From Squalus acanthias (Eukaryota), in the NCBI GenBank assembly GCA_030390025.1, contig CM059425.1, positions 176,826,001 through 176,890,000 on the forward strand: a DNA stretch of 64,000 nt, given 5' to 3'. Shown here piece by piece: positions 13,793 to 27,562 of this stretch. The notes below the pieces were generated by a model, which saw only the letters and a program-made list of their open reading frames with translations, was not told the DNA's origin and ran no database searches. The position numbers and the translations under genes were made by a program. How positions within the stretch are numbered: position 1 is the first letter of the stretch; the number at the start of each line of letters is the position of its first letter.

Positions 13793-15304
13793 CTAGTAAT
13801 CTGCTGCAGTGACACCCTGCAAGCCCCTTTCAACACTGGTAAACCCAGCCATGATGGGAGCAGTCTGTACTTGCGTAGCAATAAGCTGAGCTTGCATGAC
13901 TTCAGTCTGAGCTTCCACTGCAGCACTCAGACATTGGGTGGCTTGTGCTTGTGCTGCAATGGAAGCTGAGACTTTGGCCTTCAGATGCGGCATGATGTTT
14001 GGGTCCACAAGTACGTTAATGGATCTGCCCAGCCCTACCACGCTGGAAAGGATGGGCTCGAAGCTCTGCCCAAAGCCCTGTGCAAGGCTGGAGCTAGACT
14101 TGTTCATGCTCCTTGACGTTGCATTCAGGCTTTCTGGCAGGGCTGCCAATGCACCAAGCATTTTGTTGTGCATACCCATCAGCGTTCTTCTATAGGCCGT
14201 CCCATCGAGGTCTTCATCTGAGTCCTGTGCAGCAGAGCTCGTGTGCAACCTCACCCTCTGGGAAGCTGGCAACTGAGCTACCCTTTCCCCCTGCAGGCCA
14301 CTTGTGCCCGGTGTCTCACCACATGCAGATCCCATGTCTAACCTATTCTCTAAAGTAAGCGGAGTGTCAGTATCTGAACTGGTGTCTGGGAGCGTGAAAT
14401 CAAGTGATGGTGTTTCTTCTTCTTCTTCATTCTCCTCTCCCTCTTCTTGTTCGACCACTAGCTGGGCAGTCTGGGTTTCTTAGGTGTCTGAAATAATAAA
14501 GGCACAATGATAGGGTTGTAGTGAGGGGAGGGGGGAAAGAATGCTTACACCATGTGCAGATTGTAAATCAGAAGAGATTGTGGGATGAAGGGGAAGTTGA
14601 ATGTGAGAAGCGGGATAATGTATGAGGATACTGACATCTTCTATTCCTTCAGACCCGCCGCTGGCCATGGGCTCAGCCATGCTCCTGCCAAGAATGGCCA
14701 GCACCGTCTCCTCCAAGGGGGTAAGGTGATGCAGGCGAGCCTGTCCCCCGCCAGTTAAGATCTGCTGATGTCTGTTATGCCCCAACATTTTTCTGCAAGA
14801 GAAAGGGAAGTGTGTCAGTGAGTGTGGTGTAATATGTTTGGGTGATGTGGCTGTCATGGTTGAATAACTGACAGTGTGTTCAAGCTGTGAGATGTGGGTG
14901 TGAAGCTTACAGCTGTGGTAAGTGTGTGCAGGTGAGGTGAAGCTATGAATGTGAGGTATGTGTCATGTTTGGTAGAGATTGTTGGTAGGTGAGTGATGGG
15001 GGTGTGGTGCATTGAGCAGTGTGTGAGGCTAGTGGTGCAGATGGTGAGATATGGCATTTGAAGATTAATTCACTGACCTTGGCCAGGTCATTAAACTTCT
15101 TGCACTGAGTCCAGTTCCTTGCAGCTATACTGCTGGCACTGGACACATTGGCTATCTGCTCCCACTGTAGTCTTATCTGTTGTATGGAGGGCCTCCTGGC
15201 CCCTGTGGGAAGAGATCCTCTCCCCTGGAGTTGACCTCCTGGACCAACGCCCCTAGTACTGCATCGGAGAACCTTGGTGCCCTTTCTCTGGCCTGTTGAG
15301 CCAT
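13793..15304 (-). pseudogene. Harbinger Myb/SANT-like DNA-binding protein gene, 3 decayed exons (about 15304-15078, 14792-14636, 14487-13793)
   Basis: MAQQARERAPRFSDAVLGALVQEV...WEQIA...RNWTQCKKFNDLAK|gtcagt; pyrimidine-rich acceptors; convergent with the transposase. Confidence 0.75.
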
Positions 15305-16292
15305 TACTCAGTCTTCTATTTATGACAGTAGCCTCCACAAGCATTTGCAGCACCAGTTGCAGGCAAAAGTCACCTCCCCTTTAAGAGGTGCAGACTGCTT
15401 TTAAGTTGTGCAGGCTAGCTTTAATTGGAACTAGCCTCGCATAAACTTAAGCCCCCTGCTGAGCGTTCAGCCACTTAGCAGTGCTCTCAGCTGAATGCTA
15501 CAATCATGCTAAGTAACAGGCAGCATGAATTTTACGTGCTGTCTGCAGTCCTTCAAACGGGCGCAGGTTGCTATCGCGTCGCAATCCCCGCGCCCTTTTT
15601 CGGGGATACCGAATTTCTAGGCCAAGGTATCTCTTATCCTGTTTATGCTGGCAGACATCACCTGCACAGCCATGGTCATGGCCTGCATAGACTCATTTGA
15701 GGGCCATGCTTGAAGCTCCATGGAGGTGGCCACTCTCTCCATGGCCGACATTCTCGCAATTACCTGCAACACCAATCCACTACTGATGGAGGTAGACTAC
15801 TCCATCCTCTCAGCTATTGTAGAATGTGTGGCATGTCTTCCAGTACCTCGCAAAGTTGTTGCTGACCTCTATTATTCTCCTTCTCAATGATGGACCCCGG
15901 AGTTCAGTATCGGTAACCAGCTGAGCAGAATTTGGAGAGGATTGGGCCAACCAACGCAGACTCTCCACAGGTGTCCCTGTCACCAGTGTCTGCTCGTGTT
16001 CACTTGTGAATTGTGAATCACCAGGTGAAAACCCAACTAACTGTCTAACTGGACCCACCGAAGAGTAAGTATTTCCGTTGATGCATGCTGTACGTCCTGT
16101 GACAGTTCCCCTCAGAAGGAATGAGGTCCTCTGAGGAATCGTTGTCATGCATGTCCACAGACTGTTGTTCTTCACGTGAAGGCCCTGGAAGAAATGGATA
16201 TTGATTAGTCCTGGCAAAGTGACAATCCTGACAATCACCATACTCAGGCTTCTCATAGTTCAGTCATTGATGAAATAAAGTCTGAATGTGTG

Positions 16293-16735
16293 TCAGCTGT
16301 GGCTCAGTTGGTAGCACTCTCGCCTCTGAGTCAGAAGGTTGTGAGTTCATAGTCCCACTCCAGAGACTTGAGCACAAAGGGAGTGCTGCACTGTTGGAGG
16401 TGCCGTCTTTCGGATGAGACGTTAAACCGAGGCCCCATCTGCTCTCTCTCAGGTGGACGTAAAAGATCCCATGGCACTATTTTGAAGAAGAGCAGGAGAG
16501 TTATCCCTGGTGTCCTGGCCAATATTTATCCCTCAATCAACATAACAAAAACAAAACAAAAATCTGGTCATTATCACATTGCTGTTTGTGGGAGCTTGCT
16601 GAGCGCAAATTGGCTGCTGTGTTTCCTACATTACAACAGTGACTACACTTCAAAATTACTTCATTGGCTGTAAAGCACTTTGGGACGTCCGGTGGTCGTG
16701 AAAGGCGCTATAGAAATGCAAGTCTTTTTTTTCTT
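16293..16735 (+). mobile_element. tRNA-derived SINE with Deu-like core and L2-type tail (SacSINE1/DeuSINE-like)
   Basis: A box tggctcagttgg at 16300-16311, degenerate B box gagttcatagtcc, central gatgagacgttaaaccgaggcccc...aaaagatcccatggcac, tail gtaaagcactttggga...atagaaatgcaag. Confidence 0.85.
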
Positions 16736-16789
16736 TTCAGGGATATTTTTAATTCTGACACCAGACATTTATAAGTTCCCAGTCTCTCC

Positions 16790-17640
16790 ATCTCCCATTG
16801 ACAGGGACCCAGATATGCCAGTTATCTCCATGGCCTCCTCCTCTGCATAAGTTAGTTGGACTATTTGTCACAGCCCACCTACAGTCCTGTCCCTCTCCCT
16901 TGCATTTTGCACTCTCTTCTCATACAAGGGGCGAAAAAAACAGATCTGTGAGTCACTGAAGGTCACGTATTCACCCGATGGTGAGGGTGACTATCAGACC
17001 GATGCATCACATTTCATAAGGATTGTGGTGAGTGGAGGCAGTGGATGGGTAAATGGGAGGTGAGGAAGTGCATAGAAAGTGAATGATGGGTGCTGTTGAA
17101 ACTTAAGTGGGTGTGAGGAGTGATGTGATGGAGTACGCTTGGCAAGACAGAGTGAGGGAGAGGAATGTTGTACACCACAGGATGTAGGTGAATTAGCAAA
17201 TGTACTCACTTTCTGTCCTGGTTAGGTCATTAAACCACTTCCTGTACTGCATCCAAGACCACGGCACAATGCTCCTGCTGCTCACCTTCTCAGTCACCTC
17301 CAACCATGCCTTCTTGGCTTCCTCCTCCCTTTGCTGGGGAAAATTATCTCCCTCCTGCTCCTGACCCAGCAGTAAGTCAAGGGAAGCATCATTGAATCTG
17401 GGTGCTGGCCTTGCTTGTCCTGAATCCATGTCAAATAGCTCTCACCGTCTCCTTCCAAAACCTCCTAGCTCCTAGCAGCTTGGAGACGTGAAACCCAGAA
17501 GGAAAAATATAATTCAGCAATCAACTTGAAATCGGAGATTCCGGCCCTTTAAATTTTCTTCTGTGTTTCGCACACGCAATTCCCCACCCCCACCCACCCC
17601 CGCGCCCAGAACCCACCTTTGCCTTAATATCGGGGCCTAT
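16790..17640 (-). mobile_element. Harbinger-derived element with Myb/SANT exons
   Basis: ORF 17193-17429 (APRFNDASLDLLL...AWLEVTEKVS...WMQYRKWFNDL) followed by a gtgagt donor; a second exon at about 16945-16790. Confidence 0.7.
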
Positions 17641-18054
17641 GTCTCCTAGCTTCCAACCAATTTCATACCCAAGTTAAAATGTTAAACAATTTGCATTGTT
17701 TTACAATCCTGTGGGAATTGTTCAGTTAATTCCTTGTCCTTCCATTTTAATGAAACACAGGATAAGTGTTTCATGATGAGGATTCTGATGTTAGCACTAC
17801 AACGATATTGTGTCAAAGCTAATGCACCAATTGGCCTCTAAAGCAAGAGGAGAAAGCAGACTAATCCAGAGAACATAGCACAAATAGGCAATAGAAGTAG
17901 TAAGTGCTTCTGTGGCTTCAGATGAGCAATGCTGCTACTTTATCAGCCAGTTACAGTAAAAGAAAGCAAATACTGCATAATTAAACCAAACTTGGGGGGT
18001 GGGGGGGCATAGCTAACACTGAGGGAGAATGCAACATAACACAAGATATTAGAA

Positions 18055-18918
18055 AATATGCAGACTGGGCAATTAAGTGGCAAATGAACTTTAACATAGA
18101 TAAGTGTGAGGTGATGCAGTTTGGTAGGAAAAACAGAAACATCACCTACACCTTAGAAAATAAGAACCTGAATGGGGTTGAAGAACAAAGGGATCTAGGG
18201 ATATGGGTGAACAAATCATGAAAAGCAGCATCGCAGGTCAGCAATGCAATTAAAAATGCTAACAAAGCACTGGGATTTATTTCTAGGGGTATAGAATTCA
18301 AAAGTAGTGAAGTTATGTTAAACTTGTATAGGACCCTGGTCAGGCCACACTTGGAGTACTGTGCACGGTTCTGGTCTCCATATTATAAATAGAGCATAGA
18401 AGCACTGGAGAAAGTGCAAAAAAGATTTACAATGATTGTGTCAGAACTGAGAGATTACATCTATAATGAAAGATTGAACAGGTTGGGCCTTTTTTCTTTA
18501 GAAAAGAAAAGACTTAGAGGAGGTCTGATAGAGATCTTTAAAATTATGAATGGGTTGGACAGGGTAGATGTGGAAAGAATGTTTCCACTTGTGGGAGAAT
18601 CCAAAACTAGGGGCCATCAATACAAGATAGTTACTGTTAAATCCAATAGGGAACTAAGGAGAAATTTATTTACTTAGAGAGTGGTTAGAATGTGGAACTC
18701 GCTACCACAGGAAGTGGTTGAGGCAAATAGCTTAGATGCTTTCAAAAGGAAACTAGACGAGTACATGAGAGAAAGGGGAATAGAAAGATATGCTGAAAGG
18801 CTGAGGTGAGGTAGATGGAATGGGAGGAGACGATTGTGGAGTATAAAAGCCAGCACAGACTAGTTGGGCTGAATGTCCTATTCCTGTGCTGTATATTCTG
18901 TGTAATTCTATGTAATAA
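18055..18918 (+). mobile_element. Older CR1 LINE 3' fragment
   Basis: ORF 18414-18677 (LGLFSLEKKRLRGGLIE); ttctatgtaa tail. Confidence 0.9.
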
Positions 18919-19242
18919 CCTGAAAAATCTGATTATAAAGCTGAAAAGTCATGAATGGCAGCCTACTGCAATATCAATCAGAATAGCTCCTCAGGTTCAG
19001 GTTGGAGTTGGACAGAGAAATTAGATTAGGATGGGAACACATGATGCTCCTATTTCAAGTCAATGGGAGACAAGAGAAAATGTGAAGTTGATAACATAAC
19101 GGCCCGTATTTTCCGATGCCTACAGGTGTGTACGGGCTGTGTACACACCCGTAGGGACATCGGAAATGCCGGTTTCAGGCATGCGAAGCGCATGCGCTGA
19201 CAAACGGCATTTCCGATCTGTCAAGAATCCTCTTGTTACTAG

Positions 19243-19502
19243 AAGATGAGGAGGAATTTCTTCACCCAGAGAGTGGTGAACCTATGGAATTCTCTACCAC
19301 AGAAGGCAGTTGAGGCCAATTCATTAAATATATTCAAGAAGGAGTTAGATATATTTCTTAAGGCTAAAGAGATCAAGGGATATGGGGAGAAAGCAGGGAC
19401 AGGGTACTGAATTTGGATGATCAGCCATGATCTCATTAAATGGTGGAACAGGCTCGAGGGGCCGAATGGCCTACTCCTGCTCCTATCTTCTATGTTTCTA
19501 TG
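19243..19502 (+). mobile_element. CR1 family A short 3' fragment
   Basis: gatgaggaggaatttcttcacccagagagtgg...ttctatgtttctatg. Confidence 0.9.
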
Positions 19503-20404
19503 TTACGCAGTGCTACCCCAGTGGCTGCAGCATGGCTGGTAGAAGACTGCTGACTTTCACTGGGGGACACTGCAGATGGCTTGCTGGTCAACCTCGAGGA
19601 GCTGGTGGCTGGGAATGTGAAATCGAGTGACAGAGTTTCTTCTTCCTCTTCCCTCTCCTCTCCCTCTTCTTGTTCAACCATTGGCTGAGCTGGCTGGAAT
19701 TCTTGGGTGTGCGAAATGAGAAAGTCACAAGGGTAGGGTTGTGGTGAGGGGGAGGGGGGAAAGCAAGAGGTGCATGCTTACACCATCTGCAGCTTGTAAA
19801 TCAGAAGAGATTGTGGGATGAGGGGGAAGTGGGATGTGAGAATGAGGATAAGTGTGAGGATACCGGCATCTTGTATTCTTTCACTTCCACTGCTGGCCAA
19901 GGGGTCAGCCATGCCCCTGCCAAAAATGGCCAGCACTGTCTCCTCCAAGGGGGTGAGGCAAAGCTAGGAATGGGAGGTGTGCCTCGTGTTTGGTAGAGAT
20001 TGTTGTGCGGAGTGGTGCATTGAGCAGTGTGTGAGGCTAATGTTGCAGTTGGTAGGAGACAGCTTTTGAAGATGCATTCACTGACCTTGACCACTCGGCT
20101 GAAGTCATGAAACTTCTTTGGAAACTGGAGCCATGTCCTGGGGGTGACACTGTTGGCCGTGACAGCCTCGGCGATCTGGTCCCACAGCCTTCTTTCCAGA
20201 GGGCCTACTGGCCTCCTGTGGGTAGAGGACCTCTCTTCCAGTGTTGATCCCCTGCACAAAGGAATCGAGTGCTGCATCCGAGACCCTGGGTGCCCTTTCC
20301 CTGGCCTGTTGAGCTTTTGAGTTTGTGCTGAAGCGCTTTTAACACCAGAAGGCAGCTCACCTTTAAGAGGTGCAGACTGCCTTTAAGATGTGCAGGCTAG
20401 CTTT

Positions 20405-21465
20405 ACATAGAAACATAGAAGATAGGAGCAGGAGTAGGCCATTCAGCCCCTCGAGCCTGCTCCGCCATTTAATGAGATCATGGCTGATCATTCAAATTCA
20501 GTACCCTGTCCCTGCTTTCTCCCCATATCCCTTAATCCCTTTAGCCTTAAGAAATATATCTATCTCCTTCTTGAATATATTTAATGAATTGGCCTCAACT
20601 GCCTTCTGTGGTAGAGAATTCCACAGGTTCACCACTCTCTGGGTGAAGAAATTCCTCCTCATCTCAGTCCTAAATGGCTTACCCCTTATCCTTAGACTGT
20701 GACCCCTGGTTCTGGACTCCCCCGCCATCGGGAACATCCTTCCTGCATCTAGTCTGTCTAGCCCTGTTAGAATTTTATAAGTTTCAATGAGATCCCCTCT
20801 CATTCTTCTAAACTCTAGCGAATACAAGCCCAATCGTCCCACTCTCTCTTCATACATCATTCCTGCCATCCCAGGTATCAGTCTGGTGAATCTTCGCTGC
20901 ACTCCCTCCATGGCAAGAACATCCTTCCTCAGATAAGGCGACCAAAACTGCACATAATACTCAAGGTGTGGTCTCACCAAGGCCCTGTACTACTGCAGCA
21001 AGACATCCTTGCTCCTGTACTCGAATCCTCTCGCTATGAAGGCCAACATACCATTTGCCTTCTTAACCGCCTGCTGCACCTGCATGCTTACCTTCAACGA
21101 CTGGTGCACAAGGACTCCCAGGTCTCGTTGCACCTCCCCTTTTCCCAATCTATTGCCGTTCAGATAATAATCTGGCTTCCTGTTTTTGCCACCGAAGTGG
21201 ATAACCTCGCATTTATCCACATTATACTGCATCTGCCATGCATCTGTCCAAATCATACTGGAGTTTCTCTGCATCCTCCTCGCAACACACACACCCACCC
21301 AGCTTTGTGTCATCTGCAAACTTGGAGATATTACATCTAGTTCCCTCGTCTAGATCATTAATATACATTGTGAATAACTGGGGTCCTAGCACCGATCCCT
21401 GCGGTACCCCACTAGTCACTGCCTGCCACTCGGAAAAAGATCCGTTTATTCCAACTCTTTGCTTC
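20405..21465 (-). mobile_element. CR1 family A RT fragment
   Basis: ORFs 21222-21419 ([15 protein letters not shown]), 20990-21319 and 20498-20980; catagaaa tail. Confidence 0.95.
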
Positions 21466-22919
21466 TTTAAGTAAAGCTAGCCTTGCGCAAACTTCGCAAC
21501 GTCGGCCCCCTGCTGAATGCACAGCCTGTAAAGTAACAGGCAGCACAAATTTGAAGTGCTGCCTGAACTCCTTTCAATGGAAATGGGCAGATAACGCGTC
21601 CTGGTGCCCCTGCCCGTTTTTGAGCTTAATCCAATTTCACCCCCAACAATTTCACCCCCACTTCAGAGAACCAGGGAGCCCTGTTGCTGCCACAACTGCT
21701 CCCTGACATGGTTTTTGCTTTGTTAAGGAATTAACTTCCTCCTCTAACTTTTACCCTTTAATTTGCTGCTGGCCTTTAATGGGCAAGCAACCAATCACAG
21801 GTGTTAATCACATGAATCGGGATCATTCTGTGCTAATGTGCTGAACCCAGAAATATAGCTGAGTTCAGCACAGGTTTGGCAGGAGCAAACATTGCACTAC
21901 CTGCCCTAGGCTGGGTTGACACAAAAATCGGCCCTGTACTGTGGAGAACATGTCTGATCATTTCCAAAATTAGTTATTTGCTTCTCTTTTCCTACACAAT
22001 TTTGATTGCTATGACAGGTAGGTGGCAGTAATGGTTAAGCAACAATGAACTCAAAGGTATAAATTTATCAAATGTCTGTGATGGTTTTGGTACAAGGTTG
22101 GGACAATTGCTGAAAGAAACACTTGTATAATAATTACCATTGATCTGTAAATTAAAACCAGTTACTGTTTAAAATATAAAAAAATTAGAAAAAAAATTAA
22201 AATATGTTTAAATCTCTTAACTGTAGACTTAAATAGTTGCTATTTCTGGGCATTGTTTCTTGCTAGGTTTTCAAATTTCCTGATCTGTTTATGCTTGTCT
22301 ATGTTAAATTCCTGAATGTTATTATTTCTGATATATTTTGTTTTTGTTTTTCCAGGGCTTTCATGTAAATTTGTTCAAGTTTTCAATCCTGTTTGAGTAG
22401 GTTATTTCAGGTGGTGCTGTAATGTTTATTGACTTTTCTCCTTTCTTTTTCTTGAAGTCTAATCTTTTAGAGGTGATCAGATCATCTTTCTCTCCACATA
22501 CTTGCAAAAACATGATGGGTCACAAAGAAACATCTTTTGCATCTCTGAGGGCCAACAGGGTAATAACTACCACCATTAGTCCAAAGGAGGATTGCACATA
22601 ATATGAACCGACACCTAACTCATCACCCAATTCAAAAGCAGAAAACACAAACAGGCATCAATCCTACTGGGGCGGGTTGGGGTCGTGTCATCCGCATTTC
22701 GTGTTAGCCACCCGTCTGAAATTGGATGTGGGAGATTGATGCAATTTTCACTTAATTGGGCAATTGAGTTCCAGCATATGGGAACCCATGAACCAATTAG
22801 TGGTTTCAGTCTGAAAGTCGCCTCTGATGATGTCATCATTGCAGGTCAGAGACTGCCTGGTCTCAGAGATTGCCTGGCCTTTGCTGTGAGAGGACCTGGA
22901 TGCAAAATGAGCAGCATCT

Positions 22920-22951
22920 CAGAGAGAGAGAGAGAGAGAGTGAGAGAGAGA

Positions 22952-23028
<77 letters not shown>

Positions 23029-23090
23029 ACAGAGAGAGATTGTGAGAGAGAGAGAGTGAGAGAGAGAGAGAGAGAGATAGATAGATAGAT
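22920..23090. repeat. Compound microsatellite (GA)n/(GAGAGT)n/(GATA)n
   Basis: Directly visible in the sequence. Confidence 0.98.
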
Positions 23091-23540
23091 TTGCATCCAG
23101 GTCCTCTCAGAGCAAAGGCCAGGCAGTCTCTGAAGACATTCAATGCAGCAGCATCAGAGGTGACTTTCAGACCTAATACTACTACTACGACTACCTTCAT
23201 CACATCTCCGTTGTAATAGTGGACCTGCAGCTGATAGTCAGCTATCCACTTGTGCTCACGCCAGGTTTCACTGGCGTGTTTCACATCAGGCGTACTTCAC
23301 GTTGGAAAGGGTTAAACTAGCTAAAACGTTTCAAAATGGCATTACAGAGCCAATTTAGGGCTTGTTAAGGGCTTTAATGGCCTCTCCCGCCTCTTGGAGG
23401 CGGGACGGAGGCGGGAACACCGTACACGATTTTATCAAAATTGCTTGGAGGCGGGATGGGGTCGGGACCCCCAAATCTGCAACTTTAACCCCCCACACGC
23501 CTCCAAACCCGACTCCACGGGTCATTGAAAATCCAGCCCT

Positions 23541-25282
23541 TTGTGTTCTCCTCACAGCTTACTGTCCCACCTAGCTTAGTATCATCAGCAAACTTGGATA
23601 CAGTACACTTGGTCCCTTCATCTAGATCATTAATATAGATTGTAAATAGCTGAGGCCCCAACACTGATCCTTGCGGCACTCCACTAGTTACAGCCTCCCA
23701 ACCTGAAAAAGATTTGTTTATCCCTACTCTCTGTTTTCTGTCCATTAACCAATCCCCTATCCATGCTACTATATTACCCCCAACACCATGAGCCCTAATC
23801 TTGTGTAATAACCTCTTCTGTGGCACCTTATTGAATGCCTTTTGGAAATCCAAATATACTACATCCACTGGTTCCCCTTTAACTACCCTGCTAGTTACAT
23901 CCTCAAAAAACTCCAATAAATTTGTCAAACACAATTTCCCTTTCATAAAACCATGTTGACTCTGCCTAATCATGTTATGATTTTCTAAGTGCCCTGATAC
24001 CACTTCCTTAACAATGGATTCCAGCATTTTCCCAACGACTGATGTCAGGCTAACTGGCCTGTAGTTCCCTGTTTTCTCTCTCCCTCCTTTCTTGAATAGC
24101 GGTGTTACATTTGCGACCTTCCAATCCGCTGGGACCATTCTCGAATCTAGGGAATTTTGGAAGATCAAAACCAATGCATCCACTATCTCTTCAGCCACCT
24201 CTTTTAGAACCCTAGGATGTAGGCTGTCAGGTCATGGGGATTTGTCAGCTTTTAGTCCCATTAGTTTCTCTAGTACTTTTTCTCTACTTATATTAATTAT
24301 GTTAAGTTCCTCACCCTCATTAGACCCTTGGTTCCCCATCATTTTTGGTATGCTTTTTGTGTCTGCTACTGTGAAGACAAAATATTTGTTTAACGTTTCT
24401 GCCATTTCCTTATTCCCCATAATATTTTCTCCTGCCTCAGCCTCTAAGGGACCAATGTTTACTTTTGCTACTTTCTTCATTTTTACATACTTGTAGAAGC
24501 TCTTACAATCTGCTTTGATATTTCCTGCTAGTTTTCTCTCATTCTATTTTTTCCCTTTTTATCAATTTTTTGGTCAACTTTTGGTTTCTGAAACTCTCCC
24601 AATCCTCAGGCTTACTATTATTCTTTGCTACATTATAAGATTCTTCTTTCAATCTAATGCTATCTTTAACTTCTTTAGTTAGCCACGGTTGGATCACTTT
24701 TCCCGTGGAGTTTTTGTTTCTCAATAGAATGTATTTTTGTTGAGAATTATGAAATATTTCTTTAAATGCTAGCCACTGCTTATCTACCGCCATACCTTTT
24801 AATCTACTTTTCCAATCTACCTTAGCCAACTCACCCCTCATACCTATGTAATTGGCTTTATTTAAGTTTAAGACTTTAGTTTCGGACTTAGGCAAGTCAC
24901 TCTCAAAATTAACGTGAAATTCTATCATATTATGATCACTCTGCCCCAGAGGATCCTTTACTATGAGATTGCTAATTAACCCTGTCTTATTACACAATAC
25001 AAGATCTAAAATAGCCTGTTCCCTGGTTGGTTCCATGACATATTGTTCTAGGAAACTGTCCCGAATGCAGTCCATGAACTCGTCCTCCAGACTACCTTTG
25101 CCAATTTGATTTGTCCAGTCTATATGAAGATTAAAGTCCCCCAAGATTATTGCATTACCTTTGTTGCAAGCTCCTACTATTTCTTGATTAATATTCTGTC
25201 CAATGGTATAGCTACTGTTAGGGGGCCTATATACTACTCCTACCAATGTTTTATGCCCCTTGTTATTCCTTATCCCCACCAA
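23541..25282 (-). mobile_element. CR1 LINE internal fragment (APE endonuclease plus RT)
   Basis: ORFs 24539-25282 (VYRPP, GDFN, SDH), 24232-24480 and 23485-24198 (KFADD). Confidence 0.95.
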
Positions 25283-26334
25283 GTCTTTCTTTTCTTTCTT
25301 TTTACAATATAATAAATTGTCAATAGAGCTGAATATATCAAAGCAGATGAGAATACAAGGGTAAAGCTACTAGAAGTTATGCAAAACCAATAAATCAATG
25401 CATCCTCAATATGAAACATTAAAAACCTGGCCTTTGTTAAGTTGTGTATTCCATTTTTGATGCCACAGAATCTTTGGCTGCACATTATTTGTCTCTATTG
25501 TCTCTTACTCTGCTTTCAAAAAGTTTTATGTACCTTTTATGTTGCTGGTGAGTGTCATTGTGTGGTTCATCAAAAAGAGCTAGAGTTGTTTGCATCAGCT
25601 TTCTTTAAATACACACTTATAATGACGTTAAAAAGAAGGTGCAGTGTGTGTTTAAAAATTACATTTACTTTCATATGATGAATAAAAAGGCTTTTTAATC
25701 AAATTCATTAATTGTGTAGAGTCAAAGTAATAGCACAATCACATCTGTCCCTTATTTGCAAACAATAATTTGCCAGATTTTGAGTATTTTCCTGGAAGCA
25801 AGAGATTGGAAAATGTTAGAAAGTCTTCCACAAACATCAGGGCCTTAAGTTCCCAGCTCTGGTCCATCAACAGAAGTGACCTTCGCTCCTGACTTCACTC
25901 GAGTATTCATGGTCAAGGCAAGGTCACATGATTTAAATGCCAGCAGCAGGTGGCTGCAACACTATGGGCGCATCTTGAGCATCCGCTGGGGGGCGAGGGG
26001 AGGGGGAAGTCGAGAAAAGCAGCCGAGAGCGAGGGGAGGGGCAAGTCGAGAAAAGCAGCCAAGTCAATCTGCATGACTGGCTAAGAAACATCAGCCCAAT
26101 CGTTCCCCTTCATAAGGAAATGAATCATCAGCTGGAATTTTAATGGGGGGCCAGGCCTTGGCACCCAGGTAAGCCCTACTTGCACCTGAACCAACCTGTA
26201 CACTGGGTTTATCCCAGCATCGAGTTCATTCAGCGATAGGGAGGAATGGGAATTCTACCACCACCACCACCCCACCCCCCCCACCTCCTCACCACCACTG
26301 GTTACAGCAGTTTAAGAAAATCTTGTGCCATATA

Positions 26335-26490
26335 TTACCATATATTAACAAGAAGCCATTCCATTCTATTCAGGCTCCGTTTGTTTGTGACTGCTGCCAT
26401 CTAATCATGCAGGTGGATGCCAGGTATCCCGGAAGCAACCACAACTTCTTTATTGTTAGACTGTCCACAATTCACCCATTTTTTGAGGGA
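26335..26490 (+). pseudogene. Harbinger transposase fragment
   Basis: YINKKPFHSIQAPFVCDCCHLIMQVDARYPGSNHNFFI resembles the NRKGFHS...YPGSxHD block. Confidence 0.75.
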
Positions 26491-27158
26491 TGGACAACAA
26501 TGGTAGGAGACCAGCGCTGGGAATTTCCATGGAGCTGCTCCCACGCCACTGTTGTTACTTCATCAGAAATGTGGTGGAATTCCCATTTATGCATGTAAAC
26601 ATGTTTTCCGCTACACTTCCGACCAAGTTATGGCAGTGGAGGGGGAGCATCTCTGATGAAATTCCCAAGCCAGAATATCCTCTGGACCCATGGCTTCTGA
26701 CAATTTCAATGGTCCCATCCCAGAAATGGGCACGCTTTGGCTTCCCGCCCTCCCTCGGGACCTTATTTTTTGAAAAAGCTTGCTGTGTTACAAATTGGCC
26801 CATCCACAGTGCCTGCCCCTTTCAGCGGCTGTGAGATTTAAAATCCTGCAGCAGGACACAATGGACGAGCTCTCAATCATAAGCTTTCTCCATGCTGGGG
26901 GCTTGCCCATATTACTTCAATTATGCTGACCCCAGATCCACTCGTGGGCTCAGTGCACTGTAGGTCAGACAAATATTGCTCATGCACTGGCCCACTTTCA
27001 GTCAGCCTTGTGGCCAAACAGAAAAAACGATTATATAGCTTCCCACACACCCTTTCCAAATAGGCTTTGTAGGAAAAAAGTCTAGAAAATTGCATCAATT
27101 AATCATTTAAATTGTTTTTGCATGAATTATAGGATCTCAATGATGCTATGACACAAAA

Positions 27159-27259
27159 GGGCTGATTTTAACTTCTGGCAGTGGTGGAAAATGGGCAAAA
27201 GCAGACAGCCGATATGTTACCACCTGTTTTCCACTACCGATGAAAATTAAAGTCAGCCC
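27159..27259. mobile_element. Tiny hairpin MITE (about 100 bp)
   Basis: TIR gggctgattttaa / ttaaagtcagccc plus inner arms gtggtggaaaa / ttttccactac. Confidence 0.7.
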
Positions 27260-27562
27260 TAAAATGTTTGAAACTATTCTGGTAAACAAAATGCAGCCAG
27301 ACAGAAAATCACAAACAGAAGGAATCAGATGTAAAACCTGCCTAAGGTTGGCTTCCCCTATTTTTCCAATTCTGTTCTTGTACAACCATTGCAAATGATT
27401 CTAAATTCTACCCTCCTCCTCCAGTTTACACTGACACTCAGAGCTCACTCTTTGCATCAGTCTATTCAAGTGCTCTGCCTTTAAAACACAACGATGCAGG
27501 CATGGGGCAAGAAAGACAATGTGGTGATTTTATCACTCACTAGACTTATGTTATTGCCAGAA

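Larger units (their letters stand above)
19100..21660 (-). mobile_element. Non-autonomous Harbinger element with Myb/SANT remnants, carrying two CR1 inserts
   Basis: ORF 19801-20277 (LWDQIAEAV...RTWLQFPKKFHDFSRVVK); 19560-20400 is homologous to 14390-15425. Confidence 0.7.

Noticed and set aside
15810..16256. 148-aa ORF as a host exon
   Set aside because: No recognisable domain; it lies among decayed Harbinger-type sequence
16293..16370. tRNA gene
   Set aside because: It is the SINE head, with a degenerate B box, and continues into the SINE body
22685..23284. ES/SH/LT-repeat proteins
   Set aside because: Translations of the microsatellite
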